Shown: positions 54,412 through 64,000 of the stretch, in pieces
How positions within the stretch are numbered: position 1 is the first letter of the stretch
Layout: each line of letters opens with the position of its first letter
Assembly (NCBI GenBank): GCA_002633005.1
Contig: NMRA01000046.1
Span: 242,510-306,509, forward strand
DNA length: 64,000 nucleotides
Direction: 5' to 3'
Source of the DNA: Phoronis australis
Taxonomy: Eukaryota; Animalia; Phoronida
The notes under the pieces: model-generated
What the model saw: the letters and a program-made list of their open reading frames with translations, nothing else
What the model was told of the DNA's origin: nothing
The model's database searches: none
Made by a program: the position numbers and the translations under genes

Positions 54412-57400
54412 CGTGCTTCAATGCGTTGCGGAAACGGATATATTATGAAGGTTTCTCCAACGTGTAAGTGCGTTTGGTGGAGAAAAAGCGCATTTGTTGT
54501 ACCACTGCTGGAACCATAGTAGTCAAGCACGTTTGAGTATGAGCCCCAGCATCAAGGTCTGGTGATTGAGATAATGAATGTGATGCAGTAAGTTTCTGTC
54601 AGTCTATTATTGTTCAGGATTTTGTGGTAATGTATGCTGTCCGCATATACGTCAATGCCCAATAGTAGAAAATGGGATGTAGATCTCGCGCAAATAGTTT
54701 GAGGTCGCGACCGCAGCCAGCACAGAGGCTGGAATCGGACACTGGGCCGAAATAATCGATGAATCACAACGATACCAAACTTTCATAATTTTGGAACAGA
54801 CAAGACAGAATCGAGTATCAGTTAGCAGAAAATACAGTTAGCGTCATTATAATTAGATATGATCGTTCTCGACATACGCACTCGGCATTCGAAGAAATGA
54901 AATCAGTGTCCACTATTTGCAAACGGACTTTGGCAGTCAGTTTGTCATCATTTTCCATTGATGTATATCATGTGTATTCTTCAATAAATATCTATCACCT
55001 TGAAAATACAGTCAGGGTAAAAACTTTGGTTTACAATTTACAGTTCGAGACCCATATTACTCGACACTAAAGTGGTTAGAAAATTAAATGGATAAAACGC
55101 TTTAGTTACCACACTGAAATCAGGACTGACTGCAGACTGCCGGGGTAGGCTCCGATTCGGCTTCACTCACCGAAGACGACGGTGTGGGAAGGTTTAGTTC
55201 GTATGGCCTCAAACACACAAGGTCTGACGATATGGCGAGATCAAACTCATTACCTGTTTGACCTATGGCTTGAGTGCCGTCTTCATTCACAATTACCGGT
55301 ATCCGCCATTGCATTTCAACTAACTGATCAACGTCTTCCAATGATAACATCACGAGGTGGCAAACCACAAAATCATTATTTTTTATAAAATTCAAACATC
55401 CTCAATTATTTCCCCCAAAAATGCTTGTTTAGTTAGATTTTGTGTTATAAAATTGTCATACACGGTCTAAAGCCACAAAAAGTCTAAAAATCAATTGTAA
55501 GAACGCTTTAAAGTCACATCTTTAGGGCGTCCTACTGTACGTACAAGCTGATACAACGAATTTTTATAGCTTTAGCATGTTTTAAATGAGTACTAAATAA
55601 AGCAATACACGAATATAAAGAAAACATTTTTATTATCAAAAGTGTATACTAAAATAAAAAGCTCACGTTGCAACTTGACCTACATGGACCGCATATTTGG
55701 CTAGTCCGAAGAGGTTTCTTGAGTTGAGTCACGGTCTATCCAGATATTAATAGAAAACTGCTGAACATTGTACCGTTTGATTATAAATGTCAGTCGTCTT
55801 TTTAGAATTATACCCGACCACATTACACGCGCAATGGTGAGGTTTATCACATTGTCTGAAGAGCTAGTAAAATCAAATACTCTTCGCAATTCAAGTAATT
55901 CAATCGTCACAGATCTCTTTTCTAAGCCACCTAAGAATTTCATTATTACGATTACAAACTCCACGTCCAGGTTCTGTTGACAACTTTAACTGCAACAATT
56001 CGTTTCACCGTAACCACGCTGTGATCTGTCAAAGTAGCTGAAACGATCTCTAAACGCCTGCATCACTTCGTCTGATACAGGAGATGGCGTCAATTCTCCC
56101 TGCACAATAGCTCTTAAATATCCGGATACTTCTTTTAATCTCGGTCGTAGGGTGACGTCAAGCGAAGAGCAACAAAGAGAGCAACGGATCAACGCATCAA
56201 AGTTATAGTGAAAAGATCCAGAAGTTTTTGCGTACGTGCAAATAAAGAGTGTGATGTATCCATAACCAAATATGTCCGACATCACTGACGTCATTTCCCC
56301 TTTGAGCACCTCTGGTGGCACATGGGGATAGTTCACTTCATCTTCTGCTGTCTTGGCTTTTATACTGGAAATGGAAGTATATAAAGTGGTCACAATCCTG
56401 CGTTGCTCTCAAAAATTTTTTTTCCGGGATTTAGACACCCTTTAACGCTGTATAATTGGTCTCTTTTTCCTTACTCACCTAGAGTGAGAAGTGATTTTTG
56501 GACCAGACAATTCGCTCTTTTTTGAGACAATACTAGACCGACGCAAAAAATGACACGTCGTGACAAGTCAACTTGCATCGCCTCGAGCATCAAAGAACTG
56601 TCATGTCTTTTGAAATCCCGAAATCTTTTCTAATTTGACTGAGAAAAATTTTGAGGCTGGTAAGTGTTCTAAATCAAAGGTTAACTTTCGTAACGGGAGA
56701 TGGGTTTATAGTGGCTTCAGTTCAAAGAGACTCTTTCCACATTGTTGAGGGCTCACAAATGTTGTACCACATACTAAAGAGGTTGATGTAATTTTGACAA
56801 CGATCTTCTAAAGTGACATTTAATTGAAACAAGATTTATGATGAAATTTTCACAATTTCTTTAATTAATTTCTGTCTATCAGTTAGAAATTCAGAATTCT
56901 ACAAGACAGCACTTTTGAAGATCAAGATGTACTAAGGCATTCAAATGTAATCAATACGTAAATGTATCGTAAATTACCTGATACCCCTGGCTAACGAAGA
57001 ATTACCGAAGTCAATGAGCACAACTTGTACATCTGGAGTCATCTTTAGTAGAACATTATCAAATTTCAGATCATTAAGCAATACATTTCTGCTGTGCACG
57101 TAATCCACTGCTTCCGCTAGCTGAATGGCAATTTCGTACCAAATGCTGATGTGAAGAACGATTCCATTTTTAAGGGTGTCATAAAGTGAATCTCCGGCGA
57201 TGTATTCCATAACGAGTCCTGGAGAACATATTAAGCCCGGCCCCCATCGGTAGAAGATACCGTGTACTTCAGGGATAAAAGAAGATCCCTTGAGTAACTT
57301 CATGCAGTTGTACTCATGGACAAGCAAGTTATCTTTGCGCTGTTTCTGGTGTTTGATACACGCCGCTTTCCAAATGCCATCCTCTTGAGCGTAGGCACCC

Positions 57401-60400
57401 GTGAACACTTCCCCGTTGGAACCAGTGCCAATTAGAGTGTACTTACCGGCCATAGTGGTGTTGTACCTGTAAGTATACAATTATAACAAAATAAAACATG
57501 CGGCCTCGTTTCACATCGAAGCATCACATGTCACGTAACATGATCAACCTGTCCTAAGTGTGAAATGGAAGCCGGGACTGCTCAACATTAGTAGAGATTT
57601 ACCTTGCCTCTCAAACGCTTCGCAACTTGCTACTTAGTGGACACATAACCCTTCCGGAGCACATCGCTAGATCATTCAGTTTCAACAGTCTTACCAACTT
57701 CGTAAGAGAAACGCGCAGATACGAAGACTTTACAATGAGGAACCCATTGAGTCGTAATCAGGTGTCCGGTCTAATGGATCCAGTCTTGTGGCCTAAGCAC
57801 TCCTGGTGAACCACAAAAGGCATCATACCATATGCCTCTTTTTAGCCTCGTCTCAGCCTCTAGTGCGCAGTCGCGACTTCGCGCATGCCGAAAATTAAGT
57901 CAAATTCCTGTCGGTATTGACTTCCTTATTTATAAAGCCACGTTAATTGATTAGCCTGATATGTTTCGCATCAGCACTGCGCATTTCTGCTACACAGCGG
58001 ATACCAACATGGAAATAAAAGTTAAAGAAAATTATCGTGATGAGGGGGCTAATCTGTGCACTTGCTGAAAAGACTAGTTTTCGTTGCTAAGTTACACGTA
58101 CGACGTCGTTTATTGCCAATCATGAGCTAGACTAGCTACATGGTAGGCCTACTAGTCTAAGTAATACATCGATAATCTGAACTACGTTCCCCGGCTTCGT
58201 TAAATACTTATATGTGTGATTTAGATCACATAACATTATAAAAATGACTTCAAATTGTTGCTTACTCAGTTAAGCTCAGTGATTTCTCTGCAGTTTGTAC
58301 AGCGCTTGGAACCAAACTTAATAAGTTGGCTTGATTCGATAGTCATCTAATGCCCCTAGCACAGCATCAAACAACAATAACTAATTATAGTTCCTCCCAA
58401 GCCAGGAATCATTTTTAATCTGAGTAAGTAACAAAATGGGACTGTTCTTGTACTGATATAGTTGTCTGTATCAGAAGTTAGTATTTCGTAACGAGCGTAT
58501 TCACAGCAGCTGTTACTGAAAACAATGTTAAAAACTTACACGAATTTTTCTGGAGAGATGACAATCGAAGCTGGTATTTTGAAGCTATCAACACTAGTCG
58601 TGTAGACTTCTTGTATGAAAGAAGGGTGCTGCTCAGGTTCGCTTGCTCGAGCTCTGATTCTTTTTAGCGATGACTGCCTCGTTTGAGATGACGGTACTGC
58701 AAAACGCAGTGGAGACGAGCGCGAGGGAATCGCAGGCGAAGCCGAAGAAGCTCGGGTGGAAGGTGCACTTCGAAAATGTTCAATGAAGTCGTAAAATATA
58801 CCGGATACTGATTTCCAAGAACGGGACTTCATGTGAACGTGACAAAGGCATCTGGCTGCCGTCCATGACCATACTCGTTTGAAGCTGAATTGTTTTTTGA
58901 TAGACGAAATTGAGCTCCTGATGCAAACTGTACATTGGCGAGGTATGTAGGTGACGCTGTGTATGTGGCGAAATTTGGAGTAGTCTTTTGCTTCCAGACT
59001 AAAAATACCACAGTGGTCAATCATATGGAGGTTGTAACGCTTAAATACATGACTACTGAAATTTGTAGCCGGGAAGGTCTTTGGACGATAAAATCTTTTA
59101 CCGTTTATTTTTAAAGGTTCACGTTTTTCCCTAGTATGGCAATTATTCACGCACAAGCAGCCAGGGTTACTGGGCAACTGTGGACTGATTAACAAATATT
59201 TTGCTTGTCTCGGTAAAGGCGCTGATTTAGCTTTAACTTGTCTGGTTGCAACTTTGTGATGGTCTTCAACTTTCGAACGAACTTCCTCGCTTTTGTATTT
59301 CTGAAAAGGATAAAAATATAACTGCTTAGAGACCATTTTCTATTGAATTTGAGAAAAATAAATTGACAGACGATTAATAAAACCAATGTATTGTGACAAA
59401 TAGTTGGACTAAAATAAACAGATATATCCTTACCTCTAAGACATCTTCGTCTACTGTTGATTTTTCTTTACAAATGCAGCAAAGAAACACACTCGTAAAG
59501 AACGCCTTGATTCCCTGCAATCCTCTACGAATTCTCTTAATACATTCACCCATTTCACAGGTGTACGACGGCTACTTGAAACTCACGACTGTTTCGATAT
59601 TTTCTCTTCTTATAGTAATAATCAATAACAACAATTCGTGACGTAAACTTTACGAATACATTCACATGACGTCAAGTTAAATTTACCTTTAGAAAATAGG
59701 AAATATGAATTACGGCTATATAAATAAAAGAATGACAATTGGAATTTTATCAATGAAAAATAGTGTTTTTATAAATATGGNCCCCCCCCCCAATCAGCCA
59801 TTTTGGGTAATGTCAATAATTCAGCAGGTATTGTTAGTTAAGAATGAGAGCAACAACTAACGGGGCTGTCTTTAACGAATCGAGCTAACGGGATTTGCGA
59901 GCGCGATCTTACACCACACACGATACTGCAACAGTATCGGTAGTTGACTAACTCAAAACAGCCGGATGGAATGCAATGTAAAAACTCCAAAATCTTCAAT
60001 AAAAAGTATGTAAGCAAACGTGTCTTTTCTTGGACGTTTTGACATAGTCGAACGGAAGCATTGGATTTTGCCATTCGTTTAACCAGACAGTGATATCCCA
60101 GTTATCTAAGGTGATATAAATTAATTGAACAATACACAGAACTGACATACAAGGAAAATAATGACAAACCAGAAATCGCAAAGCACTATATCTGAGTTGT
60201 AGGCAGTACATAGACGAAAGTACTATACATAGAACTATATACATGTAAGTAGTATTCCAGTTATCCGGATTCAGCTTACATTGAACAGTCATTGAGAGAT
60301 GTGAACTTCGTTATCATGCAGGAAAAATCGGTTTTCCTGGTCACGGGCATTAATAAGTAGAAATATGTTAATTGCTTCCAAACTCCTTGATGGATAACGC

Positions 60401-61516
60401 CGTCATATGCCTATTTTGACGAGGTGTTGCAGATGAGATCATGTCGTTCGTCATATTGGGCTGTTGTGCCACCACTTTCATTGCTCTTATTTGAAAAGGT
60501 TTTGAGTGAAGTAATTAGTTGAGTGTCTTGAGTTCGGCATGTAGGTTGTCACCTATACTGCAGTTTACAGTGACGACTTGTCAGCCACTACTATGAGGCG
60601 ATGTGAACCCGCAAATAGTAACAGAAATGCAATCACATCACACATTAAAAAATTCTATGGGTTTTTAAAATTCAGGCGACCACAACTTCTACAAAATTAT
60701 GTTTGTATTAATGGATGTGTGTCCAAAACGGTTGCACTCATTGTATGCTCCCAAGGAGTTGAAAGGGATTAAGATTGATCAGGTCCATATAACAAGCTAA
60801 CATTTTTTCTGAGTGTTTAGTAAAAAGCGCTACGTAAATCTGTTTTCAATTTTCGCACTCCAATTTTATGTGACCGAGTCCAAAACGTCAAAATGGCGTC
60901 ATACAGACAAAACATGGAATAAAATTAAAATATCGGACTGTTATTGCGATTATATGGCAGCGGGGGGATGCATGCATACATGCATACATACATACATGCA
61001 TACATGCATGTATGTATGTATGCATACATACATACATACATAAATGCTATATAATTAACATATACGTAATGATAACTGTACGTTAAATAAAAGTAGGCTT
61101 AGAACTGGGTAACTATATACATGTACGTCCAGGAGACTCACGACTCACTCTGGTGCAAAAACTTATCAAAATGTTCTTCGCCAATATAATTTCCAGGCTT
61201 CAACGCAATTTTTAACACCAAAGGCGATAATGACGTAGTTGAGCACAACTCTAACGAAAATGGGCGCTTTTCCAACACCACCTTTCTCAAAGGGCCATAT
61301 TCCACGTCTACTGACAGTGAACACTATATCACAAATAATGGCTGGAGATTGGACAATCACAGTTAAACTGGTTTTACCCAAGAACTTCGTTATCCCGTCT
61401 TCGTAGACTCCTTCGAGCTGTCCTCCTTCAATGGTGACAATTGTGCAACTTGTAAGTCTACAAATAAAGCAAAAAACCATCAAAGACGGCAACGCGTTAA
61501 CTTTAAATGCAGTCAT
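47015..61516 (-). CDS. Carboxylesterase/cholinesterase-family (type B) alpha/beta hydrolase, about 607 aa, with signal peptide and hydrophobic C-tail
   Basis: Exons: 61516-61378, 54277-54037, 53771-53638, 53387-53266, 53103-52889, 52690-52545, 50362-49813, 47291-47015 (1824 nt, in frame). Motifs: FLGIPYAEPP..LRF, SEDCLTLNIFVP, VWVHGGGY, NYRLNSFGFL, NYGLWDQ, FGASAG (Ser), PVVDGDF, GSNSGEG (Glu), DHTEE (His), YWTNFGKTGDPN. Confidence 0.93.
47651..48520. mobile_element. MITE with CAGTGGCGGATCTA TIRs
   Basis: CAGTGGCGGATCTAC (47651) / GTAGATCCGCCACTG (ends 48520), with AATGG on both flanks. Related ends occur at about 12361-12375, 23907 and 48777. Confidence 0.75.
49046..49764 (-). repeat. Interspersed repeat of about 710 bp (copy 1) adjoining a tRNA-derived A/B-box-like segment
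   Basis: Reverse-complement match to 62709-63417. The minus strand at about 49008-49067 reads TGGTGTAGTGG...GAGTTCGAGTC (Pol III box-like). Confidence 0.8.
54375..54406. repeat. (TA)n microsatellite
   Basis: Pure TA run. Confidence 0.9.
55986..59553 (-). CDS. Atypical Ser/Thr-type protein kinase nested in esterase intron 1 (about 582 aa to the first stop; possibly decaying)
   Basis: Kinase exon 57466-56978 has IGTGSNGEV, ACIK, HE, GLVMEYIAG, VLLNDLKFDNVLL and LIDFG. Exon 56364-55986 has HVPPEVL, SDIFGYG and LRPRL. These join in phase 2. Upstream exons 59553-59434 and 59300-58540 join in matching phases (1749 nt in total). The kinase domain is confident; the link to the upstream exons is less so. 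Confidence 0.78.
60730..60842 (+). mobile_element. Possible SINE 3' remnant
   Basis: TGTATGCTCCC.AGGAGTTGA...AAAAGCGCTACGTAAAT resembles, from recollection, the core/tail of invertebrate tRNA-derived SINEs. No intact head is visible. Confidence 0.3.
60969..61042. repeat. (ATAC/ATGC)n tetranucleotide repeat
   Basis: atgcatgcatacatgcatacatacatac... Confidence 0.85.
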
Positions 61517-62708
61517 TTTGATCGTAAAGTAAACAGCTTAACTGACCTACGCTTGTTATCAATAAGTTACCAAGGACGTCATTTGCTTTCTTACGAGGGA
61601 TATCATCATTTAGAATGAGGGGTGACTGGTGTGTTTGGGCTAGCGGGCTTTTGCCGTTGTTCTTCAATAAATCAACAGACGTGACGTAAGAAACAGGCTT
61701 ACACCGAACACGCTCTTCAACTAATTCAACTATTACCACTAATCGCCGCAGCAATGAAGCGGCCTTGTTATACATTTGTGCAACTTCCCCGCCAATCCCT
61801 GCATGTGCCCTGCGTAAAACAGATTCGTACCCACGACAAGGGAAATTGCAGATCAGCAAGATCTGTTCTAGGCTACCTGCAAAGCTGTAGACCTATACAA
61901 AATCTACAGCTTTGCGCTGATGTGGGTAAAATGACTAAATAAAATCTGACACAAAAGTAGTGTTTATAAAAGCTACACCGCTCTTCTTTGAGTAAACCAA
62001 GTTGTTTACTGGTGTTTGAAAAACTGGCGTTCTTCTGCTAAAATTGAAGTGGGCTCTTGGGACTGCTCAAAGTCGGCTTTCGGCGATTACGTCACCTGAC
62101 AAAAACAGCTTCTTTTCCCCCGTTTATTCTTCTATCAGCTGTTCTTCTCTGCCACGTTCCCCCGTTTATTTTTCTAGCAACTGTTCTTCGCTGCCACGAG
62201 ATTGCGTACATGTCACAACGAATTGTCGGATCCGGTTTCATTTCTTTACAAGTTTTTAGTATTTTTAGGACCAGCAAACCGAATTTTAGAACAAACTTTG
62301 CTACTGCGAAGCATCCCAAGAGATGTCGCAAAATATTAGGCGAGCGTAGTGTTTTAAAACGACGACGGCTGGTTACGGGAAAGATGAGTGTTAGAGGCCT
62401 TGGCGCAAAGCTGTATACTAAATATGCAGGGTAAATACAGATATATGTGGGTAAAAAACTGCCCAGATAAAATATGATACAAAATTGGTGTCATTAAAAC
62501 CTACTCACTTATTTGAGTAAATAAATTATTTTTTGGTTTTGGAGAAATTGGTGTTCAACCGTTACTCTGCTGTTAAAGTTGTGGAGCGATCTTCTGCGTC
62601 AGCTTTCGGCGCCATAAAATATTGCGTCACATATTGGCCAGTTTCTTTTTTTGCCGATGCTTCACGCAATCAACTGTTGTTCTTCCTCGACTGGTTGCGT
62701 ATATGTCA

Positions 62709-63417
62709 CCATAGGCGGATTTAGAGAGGGGGCCAGTGGCCCCGCCCCCCCCCCTTTGGCTGCCGCAAAAAAATAAAACAGCAAGAGCGTAGGGAAATGT
62801 TGAGTTTATTAATTAACCTAGGTAATTAAAACTATACGGATGAAACAAGATTTAAATGTGTGCAGTTTTAGTGTTTTGGGGGGCTCAGATCCAATTTCAA
62901 GTGTCAAATTCGGAACACGGCGCAATCGTAACGGAACTATGGCTAAGTATAGGCTCTCCCGCGATATCCCAGGTGACCGGCAGTGGCGCTGCGCACTACG
63001 ACTCCGTTTCCGTCGTCTGCTCCACTGTGCAATGACGAAAATTTACTTCATTTTTTAAAGAAAATGGAACCTGAGTGACGATGAAAAAACAGAAGCTGCT
63101 GGTAAGGTGTGAATTTTAATCGAAGCCTTAGTGAATCACTCAGAAACTCATAATTCTCTCTTTGTCAAACCTTTACTTAAAACGATTTCCAAAGCAATCC
63201 CGTCATTATTGCCAACACGAAAAACGGATTTGGTCTTTTGGGCATTTGAAGACTATTTTAAATACAACAAATTTGTTACGAACCGAGTGCACAAAATATA
63301 AAACGTGTAATAAGCATAACAAAAAGAACTAGGTTTCGCGCTCAAACGCTGTGGACCATAAACAGGTAGGTCTCTTAGTAACAAAATAGGAGTCAAATCG
63401 TGGTGATGTAGTGGTAA
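62709..63417 (+). repeat. Interspersed repeat of about 710 bp (copy 2, inverted relative to 49046-49764)
   Basis: Long colinear match. For example CTCAGATCCAATTTCAAGTGTCAAATTCGGAACACGG and CAAACGCTGTGGACCATAAACAGGTAGGTCTCTTAG are reverse complements of segments at about 49550-49585 and about 49085-49120. Confidence 0.85.
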
Positions 63418-64000
63418 GGCTAGCACCCCCGTCCTGTCTTTAGCTTTACATGTTGATACAAGTTTCACGGCAAGGTGACGAGCAGAAATACCCTGGCTGT
63501 GTGCAATTTCTGGGTCTACGGAACAAATACACCACTTTTTTACCCATGTACCTAGCTGTATTTTGACGACAGTCTTCATACAACTAGCTGGCTGGTTACA
63601 ATTGAGATCTGCAGTTCTTCAATGCATCGTAGGCCCGGCGTATAGGTAATCCGGCCCAAATCGGAATATTCTGATTTGGGTTGTTCCCATAGGCCTAACG
63701 GAATTCTGATACTGTCGGCTCATATCGGAATTTATCCTAGTATGTGCGTGATAGTATAGCCTTGAAATACGAGTCGTATTGTGTGATGTGATATGGAAGA
63801 GCTACCGTTTCCGTATTTAATGAGCATTCAATACGGATTTTCCCTATTTTGCACACAATACACTACAATTACATGTAACATGTTTGTATATATGGTATCG
63901 TTTCGGGTTCAGCTCCGTGCGCAATATTTTCACACGTCACCACTATGATAATATGTGTTTTTAAAATTAAACAATTCCGTGAAATATGTTGACAAATTTT

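Noticed and set aside
47015-61516. Calling the esterase acetylcholinesterase or neuroligin
   Set aside because: It lacks the AChE FGESAG/WNP hallmarks and retains the catalytic Ser that neuroligins lose. Only a family-level call is supported.
1-64000. Prokaryotic systems (operons, defence islands, CRISPR-Cas)
   Set aside because: All recognisable genes are spliced metazoan-type genes; there is no intronless operon-like coding density.

Overview
Eukaryotic DNA from an invertebrate animal (AT-rich, spliceosomal GT-AG introns, many MITEs and tandem repeats, N gaps). I hand-assembled five genes with consistent splice phases. (1) The last two coding exons of a VDAC/porin (+). (2) A complete BIR-BIR-UBA-RING inhibitor of apoptosis (-), with a predicted kappaB/TATA promoter and a Kolobok/THAP-derived element in an intron. 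(3) A complete 19-exon glutamyl aminopeptidase-like M1 peptidase (+, about 942 aa) with one GC-AG intron. (4) A complete 8-exon carboxyl/cholinesterase-family gene (-, about 607 aa) converging on it. (5) Nested in intron 1 of the esterase, on the same strand, an atypical protein kinase gene: LND instead of HRD, an N-terminal MG/Cys motif, an unrecognised Cys/His-rich region, and an in-frame extension beyond its stop codon. Other signals are a partial duplicate of the HEXXH exon with a mutated splice donor, a decayed copy of a peptidase exon 30 kb upstream, and several foldback or MITE structures. All coordinates and motifs were read by eye; no database search was possible.
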